A DNA stretch of 64,000 nucleotides, taken from positions 1,612,001 through 1,676,000 of the forward strand of contig CAKKNE010000006.1 in the NCBI GenBank assembly GCA_918797485.1, given 5' to 3'. The position numbers and the translations under genes are program-made. Of the stretch, positions 10,255 to 23,800 are shown one piece after another (the stretch's first letter is position 1; every line of letters starts with the position of its first letter). This DNA comes from Pelagomonas calceolata (taxonomy: Eukaryota). The notes beneath the pieces were generated by a model. It did not search any database, was not told where the DNA came from, and worked only from the letters and a program-made list of their open reading frames with translations.

Positions 10255-13084
10255 TTACTCGAGCGCGCAGGCCGGCGGCCTGCCCGAGAGCCGCGCGCGG
10301 CACGCGTCGCGGGCCGGTGTAGGCAGTCGTTCTAGCGCGTCCCACCACGCCCGCGCCGCCGCCGCGTGCGCGGTGCAGACGGTGGTACGCGGGCACGCGT
10401 CGTGCAGCCCGGGCGCGCAGCCCGCGGCCGTGTCCGCGCACCAGGGCACGCTCTCCTCAAAGAAGTGGTACGCGTCGAACTCGCGGGACAAATCCGCGAG
10501 CGTCGACGAGCAGCGTCGCTTCGCCCGCCCCGGCGTGGCGGTCGACCAGTCCTTCGACGTGATCGCGCGCCAGTCGCTGAACGCGCGGTTCAGGGCGGGC
10601 TGGTCGTGCCCGGGACAGAGCCCGCGCTGGTGGCGCCCCAGCCGGAGGGCCTCGTCCGTGTAGGCGGCGTAGGCCCGCGCGCCCGGCCGGAGGAGCATCA
10701 GCCCGGAGTTGAAGCAGCGTTGCGCGAGGCCCTTGCGCTCGAACGGCACCGCGGCGAGACGCTCGGAGTCGCCGTACGTCTTCCAGAGCGCGTCGAGCCG
10801 CGGGCCGCTCGCCGGCAGGGGGACGTCGTCGACGTCGAAGAACAGCACCCGGTCGTAGGGCAGGAGCCAGAGTCCCGCCTTGCGGTTCGCCGGCACGCCG
10901 TCCTTGACCTTGAGGGCGCCGCTCTTACTGTATCGGACCTTGGCGACGGGGGGGCCGTCGAACAGGCTCCAGGTGCTTCGCAAAATACTCCGCGTCGCCT
11001 CGCTCACGTTCCAGACGACGCACGCGCGCGGCCGCGCGGGGTCCGCGTCCCGCAGCGCGCGGCCGAGCACCGCGGCGCCGCACGCGAAGGGGCCGTCGCC
11101 GTAGACGAGCGTCGCGTAGGCCTCGCGCGGCCGCGCGACGCCGAGGAAGCGCGCCAGCTTGGCCGAGGTGCCGTCGCGGGCGAAGTCGCTCTCCGCCAGG
11201 ACCAGGGCATCGTCTCCACTTGTTTGATGGGCTTGCGTGGCGACGCGGACGAACCGCACGGTCGATTCGTACGCGAACGTCTTGGCCCACTTGCGCTGGA
11301 CGAGGTCGTCGGAAGGCGGCGGCAGGCCCAGCACCCGCGGGATGCGGGCCGCGCCCGCCTTCTTCGCGATGAGGCAGGCCAGCTGGGGCAGCGTCTCGAA
11401 CGCGTCGCCGTCCGCCTCGAAGTGGAACTTCGCGCGACCGGCCGCCCGCAGCCGCCTATGGTCGAAGCTCTTGTGGTGGAAGGCGAGGGGCGCCTTCGTC
11501 AGGAGGACGTCGGGGTGCCGCGCGAGCGCGTCGAAGACGCGCTCCGAATCGGTCTGGAGTATGACCAGGGGCGCCCGGTCGCCCAGCGCGACGCCCGGAC
11601 ACGCGGTCGCGGCGCCGTCCCAGACCCGACCCGCGAGCACCCTGTCCGAGAAGCCTTCGCCGGCTTTGGCGTCCAAGAATCCGTCCTCGTCGACGGCCAG
11701 CGTGCGATTTATGCGCGGCAACTCGTCGCGGAACGTCCCGCCCAGGCCGTCCCGGCGGTCGCTCCAGATGCGGTAGTGGAAGAACGCGGCCTCCGTGACC
11801 TCGGTCTGAGGGTGCTGGACCGCGCGCGCCGCCGCCGAGGAGCCGTTCGCGACGACGGCGTGCAGGTGCTGGTCGTCCGGCAGGCGCGCGCACGCCGCGG
11901 CGCGCGGGCACGACTCGGCGAGCCAGTCCATTTTCCGGGCGACGCAGGGCCGCTCGACGCGCAGCGGGACGGCCGTCGGTGCCAGCCGCAGGGCGGCGCG
12001 CGGGCCCTGCGCGTGGGCCGCCACGGCGGCCGCGCACCGCGCTCCCGTCAACTGCGCGCAGCGGAACACGCGGCCCCCGGTCCACCAGACGCGCCCGAGG
12101 CCGTGGTCGCTGAGGACGGCGGGCAGCACGACTACGGACAGCGGCCGCAGCAACCGTTGAGCCTCCCCCGCCGAATAGCCGCGGGACCCCGGCAGTCGTC
12201 GAAACCTGCGGGGCGATCCCACGTCAAGGCGCCCGTCGAACTCTCGGGTTGGGTTTCCGCGCGGGACGCGACCGGGCCGCGAACTCCGCGGCCTCTCCGT
12301 CCACGACCGGCGCGAAGAAAGCGCAGCTGTAGCACGCCTCGGCCGAGACGTAGCGGTTCGCGGGCTTTTCCGGGTAGACGGTGGGGCAGCCGCGCGTCGC
12401 GTCGAACGACCGCCTCGTCTCGAGGCTCAACCGCCCCCCCCGGGCCTTCAGGTCCAGGTTCCGCAGGAGGGCCGTCGACAGGTGGGCGCACCGGAGCCAC
12501 CGCAGCTGCACCGCGTCGTCGTCCAACCGCAGCAAGAACCACTGGCCCCGCGCGAACAGCCGCATCGGGTCCTCGCCCTCCGCGAAGCTCCACGTCGCCG
12601 CGTCGTACCCGCGACTCGCGTCGGCCCACGGCTTTACGTCGCCCCAGACCACGTCGAGGTCCGCGAACGTCGCCCGGTCGAAACCCTCCCGCATCAGGCG
12701 CTCGCGCCAGGCGTAGACCCACAGCGGCTTGAGCTCGATGACCAGGGAGGGCATTCTGCGCAACGCGCCCACAATTTTCTCCCTCGTCGCTTTCGCCGAC
12801 GGCGGGTCCAGCCGCAGCGCGCGCGCGGCCGCCTCGCCCAGCCCTTTCGCGACGCCATCCGCACCGACCTCCCACACGCGCGCGTGGTCCAGGCACTCGC
12901 GCGGGACGATCGCTTTGTCGTCGACGACGAGCACGAGCGTCGCGTCAGTGTTGAATTGGAGGGACGCGCACGTCGCGCGCGCGTAGCGCGGCAGCGGTTT
13001 CGGGCCCAGCCAGACCGCTACGAGTGCGATCTGTGCCGCAAACGTGCCGTGGAGTGCCAGCAACGCGCGCCACGCTCGCCGCAT
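10255..13084 (-). CDS. Multi-domain glycosyltransferase (N-terminal DUF6625-like, C-terminal GT8-like); intron 12206-12272
   Basis: ELKPLW..FADLDVVWGD; AYATLVYG, RVLFFDVDD, FNSGLMLLRP, HDQPALN; a phase-2 GT-AG intron joins ORFs 12224-13135 and 10255-12222. Confidence 0.65.
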
Positions 13085-13660
13085 GATGCTTCGGAGCTGC
13101 CCCGCTCCGCCTTTGTATGACCTTGTTTGCTGCACGGATCAATCAACCGGCAGCGCAATGCATCGCGCCCCTGTTTAGCGCGTAGCTGAATGCCGCATGC
13201 GTACCATATATGGTGCCCGGCTCGCGCGCAGCGGCTCCATCAGCACCGCAAATTTTATCACCGCCGTACCGAAGGTACCTACGATACCGTACCGTAGGTA
13301 CCAAATAAATAAATAACTATATATTTAAGGAAGGAATATCCTAAAGGAAAAGGACACACACCGGACATGGTAGTCACAAGCTGAGAAATCGACCACGAGA
13401 GCACCAGCGACGGTGCCGTCACTATGAACCTTGGCGCGATCGTTTTTACTCTCCCCTTTGAAGTAAAATTTACTACTAAAAACCTATCCAGACAACGTAC
13501 ACTACCAGTCGAAACAAGGACAGAGTTTGAAGTTAGCTAAGAACGGGGCACGCGGCGCTGTCGACGACGCGAGGAAGTCTCTATGAAAGGCGAGCGGGAC
13601 GTGCGAGCGAGGTGGGGAACAACAGAGCCACGTCGGACGTCTCTTCGTTGCCAAAAGGGT

Positions 13661-13676
13661 GGTTTCTGAAGAAACC
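13661..13676 (-). promoter_or_regulatory. Histone mRNA 3' stem-loop (H3)
   Basis: GGTTTC-TTCA-GAAACC followed by ACCC, ~54 nt after the H3 stop. Confidence 0.75.
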
Positions 13677-13729
13677 GGGTAAGTTGTGAGAGGACGGAAG
13701 ACGCCACAAACCAATAAGGTTCGAAACGC

Positions 13730-14427
<698 letters not shown>

Positions 14428-14472
14428 GCCTCTGCCCAGCTCCAACACATCGGACCAAACACACATCACTAA

Positions 14473-14787
<315 letters not shown>

Positions 14788-14868
14788 ATCTACCCCCGAG
14801 CCCGGGCCGCCGCGCCGCCGCTGATCAAGACCAGCGGTGGTTGCCCACGGCCCATCTCATTCACACCC

Positions 14869-14884
14869 GGTTTCTTCTGAAACC
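14869..14884 (+). promoter_or_regulatory. Histone mRNA 3' stem-loop (H4)
   Basis: GGTTTC-TTCT-GAAACC followed by ACCC; same flanks as the H3 copy. Confidence 0.75.
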
Positions 14885-15122
14885 ACCCTTTTTCTACGAA
14901 GACTGCTCTACGCCTTGTGCCGCTCTCCCCGCCTTCCGTGCCGCGCGCGCCGTTCGTCCTAGTTACTTACTCTCACTTCTAAAGAACACCACACTTACTA
15001 GTACCCGGGGCCTACAGTCCAACGGTGTGCCCAAGGAACCAGAAATTTGCGCTGCCCTAGCCGAAGCTCCCGCACTTGCGGGCCCAGAGAACCGAGGGAA
15101 GAAAAACACATTCTAATCATCA

Positions 15123-16286
15123 TCACGAGACCATGCAGACGGCCGCGGGCCGCCCGGGCGCGAGGCGGTCGGCGCCCCGACACGCCTCCGCCGCCGCGCG
15201 GCCGGGCGGCGCGGCGCAGTCCACGACCTCCGCGCCCCGTCCCTTGGAGTGGGAGAGGTTGCGGGGCGCGGGCAGGTCGCGCGACGCGCACGCGGCGAAG
15301 AGCTCCGGCTTCGCCGAGTGGAGCTGCGCGGCGAGGCACGGCCAGGGCGCGAAGAGCGCGGCGACCTCGTCGAAGTTCACGACGAGGTCTGACAGACCCT
15401 CGGGCGTCAGCTTGACGAGGTCCGCGCGCTTCGGCGCCGGCGGCGGCAGGCCCAGGGCGCGGAACAACTCGCGCGTGGCCCCGGCCGCGTCGAGCTGGAA
15501 GTCCTCGTAGCGCGCGCGGAAGGCCACGCGCACGCCCTCGAACGCGACGGCCAGGCCGAGCCGCCCGAGGGCCTTCTCGGTCGCCTTCTGCAGGAACCGG
15601 GCGGGCGCCACGTGGAGGAACGCGCGCGGCGCCGCCGCCGCCGCCGCCGCGTGGGCGTGGTTCGCCAGCGCCGCCAGGGTGCACGCCGACCCGTGGTTGT
15701 GCTTGAGGTAGGAGAGCGCGTGCTTGGCGACGTTCGCGCGGTCCCACGTCACGAACTGGACCGCGGGGAGCGCGGCCGCGACGGCGCGGAAGTACGCGTT
15801 GTGCCGCCGCGCGCGCGGGAGCGCCGGGAGCGTGTCGGCGTCGTCGGGCTCGGGCGCGACGGCGGCGACGCCCGCGCAGGACGCGCTCCGTGACCCGGGG
15901 CAGCCGCGGCAGTACGCGTTCCAGCGGCAGTTCCGCTCGGCCGCGGTGGCGTCCGGCGGCGCGAGGGCGTGGCCGCCGCCGCAGTTCTCGCAGCCGTCGT
16001 CCGCCGTCGTCCGCCCGGGCGCGCCGAGGCACGCGCAGCCCGTCGCGAAGAGTCGGCGCAGCGCCTCCACGCGGTCCGCGAGCGCAAGGGCCTGGGTCTC
16101 CGGCGACGGCGTGCGGCAGCACCGCCCGTCGCACACGCCGCCGAACTGGAAGAACGTCGACACGTTGTGCGCGGCGAAGGTCGTCGCGATCCACTTGGAC
16201 CCGCTGTGGCCGCTCGAGCGCTTCACGAAGATCGCCGGGCGCGCCGCCGCGGCCGCGCCCCCGACGAGGAGTACTGTGAGGCGCAT
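15123..16286 (-). CDS. Secreted/Golgi sulfotransferase-like (Stf0-type P-loop) protein
   Basis: Signal peptide; SSGHSGSKW (5'-PSB-like), R.NVAKHALS (3'-PB-like), YEDF. Confidence 0.55.
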   Translation of the reverse strand: MRLTVLLVGGAAAAARPAIFVKRSSGHSGSKWIATTFAAHNVSTFFQFGGVCDGRCCRTPSPETQALALADRVEALRRLFATGCACLGAPGRTTADDGCENCGGGHALAPPDATAAERNCRWNAYCRGCPGSRSASCAGVAAVAPEPDDADTLPALPRARRHNAYFRAVAAALPAVQFVTWDRANVAKHALSYLKHNHGSACTLAALANHAHAAAAAAAPRAFLHVAPARFLQKATEKALGRLGLAVAFEGVRVAFRARYEDFQLDAAGATRELFRALGLPPPAPKRADLVKLTPEGLSDLVVNFDEVAALFAPWPCLAAQLHSAKPELFAACASRDLPAPRNLSHSKGRGAEVVDCAAPPGRAAAEACRGADRLAPGRPAAVCMVS

Positions 16287-16516
16287 GGGTGCCGTCAAGG
16301 GAGGCTTGGTCCGCGCATCAGTGGACGCGTCGCTTGCTCGCGACGACTCGAGCAGCCCACATGCCGCAGTGCCGCTGCCGGCCGATGCCTCGGGGCAGCG
16401 GAACCCGTCAAGGCACCGATATTGTGCGCGCCGTGTAATACGAATGTAAAACCCGAAAACCGCCGTCCGCCGTCCGGCCCCGGCCCCCTCAGTGAGGCTG
16501 CCCCAAAGGGCTGCCC

Positions 16517-19263
16517 ATGAGGGCTGCGGCTCTCGTGCCGCTCCTCTTGCGCGGCACGCATGCGGAAGAGACCGCCGAGCAGCGCTACGTGCGCGCCGCC
16601 CGCGCGCGCTGCCCGCCGCCGCCGCCGGGAGACGACCTCTACGACTGGCGCCGCGGGCAGGAGGCGCGGGCGTCGCTCCTCGACGCGCGCGCCGCGGTCG
16701 AGGCCTACGCGTGCCTGCTCGACGCGTGCGTCGCGGCGCCCGGCGGCGTCGAGCGGTGCCGCCTCTCCGCGGCGGACGGCTGCGCGCTGCGCGCCGCCGC
16801 GGCGCGCGCCGTCGTCGCGCGGGGCGGCTCGTCGCTGGCCGCGCCGGGGCTGCTGGCGCGGGCGCTCCACGAGGCGGCCGTCGCGGGCGCCGCGGCCCTG
16901 CGGGACCCCGGACAGAGACGCCGCACGCGCGGCGCCGCGCGCGTGCACCTCGCCGCCGCCTGCGCGGCGACGGGCGACTTGGCCGCGGCGGCCGACGCCG
17001 CGGCCGCGGCGCTCGCCGACGCCGACGCCGGCGGCGCCGAGGGTACCGTCGCCGCCGCCATCGGGGGCGAAGCCGGCGCGCTCGCCGCGGCCGCGGCGCT
17101 GCAGCTCGGCGCGGTCCTCGTCGCCGCGGGCGGCGACGGCGCCGGCCACGGCGCCGCGCTGCTCGCGAACGCGACGGCGGCGCTCGGGCACGACGCGACG
17201 GCGGCCGGCACCGGCGCCGCCGCGGCGTTCCGCGGCTTCGTGCTCGAGCGCCTCGGGCGGCCGGCGGCGGCGCCGGGCCCCCCGTGGGCCGACGACGGCC
17301 TCGAGCGCGGCCGGGCGGCGCTGGAAGCCGCGCCGGGCCTCGGGCTCGTGGCGGCCGCCGCCGCGCGCGGGCCGCCCGCCGGCCGCGACGCGGAGCGCCT
17401 GAGCGACGCGCTCGAGCGCCGCGGCCTCGAGGCGGCGGCGGCGGCGCACGCGGCGCGCGCGGCGCCCTTCGGCGCGGCGACGCCGGCCGCGCGCCTCAAG
17501 GCCTTCCTGCGGCTCCCGGCCGTGCGCCGCGGCGTCGAATGCGCCCCCCGTCCGGCCCGCGGCCCGAAACGACGCGCGCGCAGGTGCCGCGGTCGCGGCG
17601 GTGGCTCGCCGCGGCGCTCGACGCGCTCGAGGCGGGGCTCGCCGCGAGGGACGACGAGGGCCGCTACCGCGGCCCGCTCTTCGTGGGTGGCGCCGACGAG
17701 GAGGACGAGGCCCCTAAAAGGAACGACGAGTGCACCCTGCAAGACCTGCCGCGGCTCCTCGACGCGGTCCTGGCGAAGCTGCACCACCTCCACGTCGACG
17801 ACGACGTCGACGTGGCCACGTTCTACGACGCGGCGCCGCGCGGGCCCTCCCTCGTGAGGCGGCTCCTCGAGCGCGTGCGCCGCGCCTGCCCCGCCGCCTC
17901 CGTCGACGGCGGCGCGCCGCGGCCCGCGACGCCGGCGGGCGAGCCGATCCGCGTCGGGTTCTTCAGCGGGCGCCTGCGGCGGTCGCCGGCCGTCCGGTTG
18001 GCCGTCGCGGCGGCGGCGGCGCTGGGCAGGGACGGCGCGTTCCGGACGGTCGCGTGCTGCTTCCCTACGAGTCCCGCGGACGAGTGGACGCGCGCGGCCC
18101 TCGCCGCGTTCGCCGAGGCCGCGCCGCTGCCCGCCGACGGCCCGGGCGCGGCGCGGGTGCTGGTGGAGGCGCGCCTAGACGTGTTGCTGTTCGTGGACCT
18201 GCCGCTCGACGCGCGTGCGCTGCCGTTCGCCTCGAAACGCTTCGCGCGCGTCCAGGCCGCGCTCGTCTGGGCGCACTTCGGGGGGAGCCCGGGCCTGCCG
18301 CAGCTCGACTACTACCTCGGGCTCGACGGCGCCGCCGACCAATCCAAGTTCGCGGAGCAGGTCGTGCGGCTCCGTCCCATGACGCTGCCCCCGGACCCGC
18401 CGGCGCTGGGCGAGCGCGAACGGAGGCGCGGCGCGGACGCGGAGGCGCGGCGCCGGCTCCGGCGGCGGCACGCGGCGCCCGACGCGCACCTGTTCGTCGT
18501 GCCCGCGGCGCTCGACCGGCTGGCGCACCCCGCGGGCGACGGCGCGCTGGCGGCGGTGCTCGCCGCGGACCCGAAGGCCGTCGTCGTGGTCGCCGCCGCG
18601 AAGGCGCCCTCGGAGGACTTCCCCGACCGCGCCGACGAGCCCCCCGCGGCGGCGCCGCCCGTCGCCGCGGCCCTCCAGCGGCGCATTTGCACGAGCGGCG
18701 GCTGGAGCCTGGCGTCCGAGGCGTGCGGCCGCCTCCGCGTGCTCCGTCCGCTCCCGGTGTCGGAGCTGCGCGCGCTCGCGCGGGCGTCGGTCGCCGTCCT
18801 CGACCCGACGGTCGCGGGCCACGCGGACGGGCTCCTCCTCGCCGCGCAGGAGCACGCGCCCGTCGTGTCGCGGCGCTCCGGCGTCGTCGACGCGCTCGCG
18901 GGCCGGGGCCAGGCCCTGGTCGCGGACGACGACGCCGCGTTCGGGCGGGCGGCGCTCCGCCTCGCGACGCAGAGGGACCTGCGGCGCACCGCGGTCGCGG
19001 CCGCGCGGGCCAACGCCGACGTGCTCTTCGGGGGCGACGCCGGCGGGGACGCGGACGACCTCCGCGCCTTCCTCGCGGCCGCGGCGGGCCGCCACCCCCT
19101 CGCCGCGGCGCGCGCGGCGGCCGCGCTGCGCCGCCGCGCGGCGCTGGTCGTCGCGGCGGCCGTCGCGGCAGCCGTTGCGGCGGCGTTGACCCTGCGAGCG
19201 CTGCGCCGTCGCGAAGGCCCCCCGCCAGCGCCGCGGCGGCGCCGGGCGAAGGGCCGCCTGTGA
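16517..19263 (+). CDS. Degenerate TPR-like region plus GT41 (OGT/SPINDLY-like) catalytic domain, with signal peptide and C-terminal TM; intron 17522-17583
   Basis: PIRVGFFSG.L, LDVLLFVDL, RFARVQ..W.H..SPGLPQLDYYL; a phase-0 GT-AG intron joins the two frames. Confidence 0.6.
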
Positions 19264-19348
19264 TGAACCGTTTGAAGCTTTGTTAATTATATAGTGATAT
19301 TTGGACCTTTGCGCCCTCCGTCCCCAGCTTCAAGTGCAAAATTCATTA

Positions 19349-20221
19349 CTATTTACCACACGCACACGCACACGACGCGCCGGGCGGCGGCGCCCGCACG
19401 ACGGCGAGGACCGTCGTCCCGAGGTGGAAGCGCCGCAGCGACACGACCTCCAGCCCCGCCTGCTCGATGACCCGTACGTAATCGCGGTTCCAGGAGCAGC
19501 CCCAGCGCAGCAGGTGCTGCGCGGCGTGCCGGTCCAGGAGCCGGTTGAGCCACGCGTAGTGCGCCCGTCCGTGCTCGAGGAGGAGGACCTCGCCGCCGGG
19601 CCGGACCGCGCCGGCCATGGCTTGTAACGCGGCCACCGGGTCGTCGACGGAACACAGCCCGAACGTGTCGACGACCGTGTCGTACGCGCCCGCGACGGTC
19701 TCGACCGCGGCTCGCCGCACGCTGATGCGGCCGTCGCCCAGCGTCGCTGCCTTCGCCGCCGTCACGCGGACCATTGCGTCGGACGCGTCCGTTGCGACGA
19801 TGGACGTCACGGCGGCGGGGTACAGCTCCAAATTGCGGCCCGTGCCGCACGCGACCTCCAGCACGTCGCCGCGCGCCCGCCGCAGCAGCCACCGCCTCAA
19901 CAGCGGCAGGCCCATGACCAGTTCGTCGACGCCGATCTCGTCGTCGTACGTCTCCGCCAGCGCGTCGAAGCGCTCGACGCGCGCGCAGCAGCCGCAGCGC
20001 GGGTGGGCGTCTACGTCGATCGGCTCCGAACTGGTCGTGTACGTGTAGGCCGCGGCCGCGCTCACGACGGCGAGACCGCCGCCGCCGAGCGCCGTCAGGA
20101 ACACCGCACCGCGGTCGCGTTGCTGCGGTGGTACTGCTGCCTCGACGGCTCTCCGCTTCGGCCAGGCGGTTATGGGCGGCCTCGCGGCGCGTGCCAGGCC
20201 GCGTCGCGCGAGCCGGCGCAT
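19349..20221 (-). CDS. SAM-dependent methyltransferase, OMS1-like (mitochondrial)
   Basis: Arg-rich presequence plus TM; VLEVACGTGRN, YDTVVDTFGLCS, LLEHGR. Confidence 0.8.
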   Translation of the reverse strand: MRRLARRGLARAARPPITAWPKRRAVEAAVPPQQRDRGAVFLTALGGGGLAVVSAAAAYTYTTSSEPIDVDAHPRCGCCARVERFDALAETYDDEIGVDELVMGLPLLRRWLLRRARGDVLEVACGTGRNLELYPAAVTSIVATDASDAMVRVTAAKAATLGDGRISVRRAAVETVAGAYDTVVDTFGLCSVDDPVAALQAMAGAVRPGGEVLLLEHGRAHYAWLNRLLDRHAAQHLLRWGCSWNRDYVRVIEQAGLEVVSLRRFHLGTTVLAVVRAPPPGASCACACGK

Positions 20222-20851
20222 TGCGTTTGGTCACGAATGGGGAGAAAACAATGAGCTTAAGTGTGTCTGGCACAGAGGGCTGCTGTCTTGCTAGTGTCTT
20301 ACAGCTAGCCCAAAATTTTCTCGCGAGTCGTGTACGTACGAAATTCACAGGGTCTGGCCTTCCGAGGGGGCGCACGAGTTGTGCCGCCCGCAGTCCCCGA
20401 CGAGCTCCGCGTCACGGTCGCCGACCCGCGCCGAAAAAAAAAACACTACGAGCTTGTAGCCGCCCTACAATACGTCGGCGACGCCCTGTATGGGGTAAGG
20501 CTGCACGACGGCGCTTGAGTCTTTGCGCTAGTCAGGAGCGCTCACCTTTCCAGGCACCGCCGCCGCGCTTATTTTTAGAGCACCTGGGGTGTTTTGGTTA
20601 GCACGCCCTGTATGTGTATGTGCCACGGGCGAGTAGCAGGCTAATAGGCATCTCTGAATCAAACGAGCCGAGAAAAGCCACTAGCCCGTGCGCGTGCGCA
20701 GCCTGCCTTCCGATTGGCAGCTTTATTGTATACCCGCGTTGCGCGCGCGCTCTGTCATCGACGCCTGCCGGGGCAGCCGCCCTCGGACTGCAGGGCACGG
20801 TCTCCGGAGCGCCTTTGCTGCCTCTGGTCTCGCGCAGTCCCACATCGTCTT

Positions 20852-23800
20852 ATGGAGAGCCTTACGGCCGAGGCCGGCGCGCCCGCCGCGGCGGTGCCCG
20901 ATGACCGCTGCCGGCCCCCGCCGCAAGCCTCCGGTGCTTTGCTGGACGAGGCGGAGGCGGCTGCGGCGCCGTACCCGTGCGGCTACTGCGGCGCGTTCCA
21001 CGGCAGCGAGACCGGCTACTGCGCCGCGTGCTCCAGGAGCTGGCTCAAGCCCGAGATCGCCGCGCGGGCCGCGCGGTTCCAGCGGCGGGCGTACCTCGCG
21101 CTCGTGACGATGATGATGAGCTACTTCGAAACGGACGACAAGGCCGTGCTCTCGGTGTTCTGCGGCTCGATCGGGCTCGTCGTGTTCTTCTGGTTCCTCA
21201 CCAAAAGCGTCGCGACGGCCGCGCCGGAGTGGATCGCGCCCCTCGTCATCTTATCCCTGGCGGCGGTGTACATGATCCCGACGATGCGGCGCATGGTCGT
21301 GCTCATCGAGGACGTCGACGAAATCAGTGCGCTCTTCGAACGCACATGGCGGGAGCACGAAAACGACGAAAAGAAGGGCCCGGCGCCAGCCAAACTAGCC
21401 GGCGAATTGAGCCAGCCGACGGCCGACCTGCACCGGCTCTACGTGCTGGCGCGCGCGCGCGTCGGAGGCTTCGAAGTGGACGTCGTTGAGCGCCTGGCGC
21501 GCGCGGGCAAGACGCCGGCGGAGTCGTCGCGCAACACGCGCGGTCCGCAGATTAAGGGCCTCCTCCGGGCGCGCGAGAAGATCGCGATGGACTACGGCGG
21601 CGACGTGAGCCGCCTACGAGACATCCTTCGCGCCTCGATCGTCTGCGAGACGGTGGACGAGTTGCGGACGCTCGGCGACGAGCTCGCGGCCCTCGAGACG
21701 GCCGGGACCATCCGCGTCGTCCAGGTCAAGAATCGTTTCGTGGGCGCACCGACGCCTTCAGGCTATCGCGACGTCAACGTGAGCACGATCTATCACGGGC
21801 TCCTCTGCGAGATCCAGATCCATCTCGAGCCAATCCTGGCCATCGCGGACCAGCAGCACGTCGCCTACGAAGCCGCGCGGGAGCTGGATCTCATGGGGGC
21901 CCTGGAGAAACCCACCGAGGCGACGCACGAGACCTCGAGCCGCCCTCTCCGCTGGGGCTACGTCGCGGCGCGACTCGTGCCCGCGGTGCTGAGCGTGGTC
22001 ATCGGGTGGCTCTACGTCGACGCGTTCGTGCTCAAGGGCGCCGACTCGCTGGTGGCGCGCGCGATGTTGCTGCCGACGCGGGGCTTCTCAAGGCCCTACG
22101 TCGTCCTGCGTCTGTACGGCCTGGCGCTGGCGGCGCCGTACGCGGCGAACACGTTTCTGTTGCTCCGAGCGGCGGGATGCTTCGGCGAGCGAGCGCGGTG
22201 CCAGCGGCGCGGGAAGACGCGAGTCGCGCTGCTGTACGAGCGCTACTTTGGGTACGAGGGCACGTACTTCGTGTGGAAGGTGTTCTGGTTTCAAATTTTC
22301 GAAGTCGTCCTGCAGGCGTACGGAAAGGTCCCACTATTCCTGACCTACATGAACCCGTTCGAGGGTCTCAAGCGCGGCCGCGACGAGGTTTCGGTAGGCG
22401 ATTCGGCGCGCGACCTCTCTGACAGTCGAAGCGGGCTGCACATTTTCGTCGTCGTGTTTTTCTGCGCGCTGCTGTTCAACGTCCTGTATCCGACGTTTCT
22501 GCTGCGGAGCCGCGACGTGAGGTATCAGCGCAATTTTTCCTTCGTGGCCGACACGGTCCTCGATTTGGTCTATGCGTGCGTTCCCTTTGTGTTCCTCGTT
22601 CTGGGCGTTCGATCGCAACAGATGATCATCCCGCACGACCCCCTCGAGTACACGTCGAATTTGCTGCCAATGCTACACACGCACTTTGTGATTTCAACAC
22701 TGGAAGCGGCCGCCGACGAGTCCCGCGCGCTCCGCAAAGTCGCGCCCCGCCCGCCCGAGGCCGACCTCGACGAGAAATCCGCCGAGCCCTCGCCCAGCAG
22801 CACCGCGAAGTACGGGACTTGTCCGGGCGAAGCGCTCTACGGCGCGCTCGTCGCTTCGTGCCTCGTGCTGTGGTTCCTCGCGTTTTTTGCGGTGTCGTTC
22901 AAAAATCAGCTCATATTCGCGGCCGCGTTTGTGCTTGCGAGCCTGTTGCTCCCTCTCGCGGCGCGCCACGCCGGCCGTCCCCGCTTCTCGGTGTGGGAGC
23001 CCGCGGTGTTATGTTCCGGCTTCTACCTGTTGTTCTGCTTAAGCTCGAAATTCCAAAGCCACATCCTGATGAACATGGCTCTCGCATTCCACGGCGCACT
23101 CGTCTTGTTCGCGGCGCCCGACGAAGCGAGTCGCGGTCTCCCGGACACACGCGCGAGCGCGGCGACGAAGGCGAACCGTTTGCCGCGCTGGGGCTCGGTT
23201 CTATACTTCTGCGTAACGGGCGGCTTCCTTGCCGCGGTCGTCGCGGTTTACACGCTGGGTGGAACCTTAGTCTCGACCTGCATGCCGTGCGAATGCACAC
23301 AGGACGGGATCCTCTCCAGCTGCGAGGTCTTCCGACACGCGGAGTCGTTGCGAATGACGCGCGGTCTGAACGCGCCGCCCTTTGCGGACTACCTGGACCT
23401 CGCCAACAAAGGCATCAAAGAAATAAAGCCCGGCTCGTTTTTGGGTCTTTCGTCGGTGAAGGAACTCAGCCTCGAAGGCAACAAGATTAAGGTACTGAAG
23501 GCAGAAACCTTCGAGGGTCTGGCCTCATGTAAAGTGTTGACCCTCACGGACAATCCACTGCGTGAAATCTCGGCCGGCGCCTTTCGGGGCCTTGGGAAGC
23601 TCGAGCAGCTAAACCTCGCCGGATACGGATTCACGAGTCTGCGGCCGGGGACCTTCGACGGGCTCGGCGCCCTCGAGACGCTCGATCTCAGTCGCAACAG
23701 CCTCACTCGCATCGAGGTCGATACATTCCGTGGCCTCGATCGCCTGACCTGGCTGTCTCTCTACCGGAATTTGTTGCGGCATTTCGACGGCGCGTTCCGG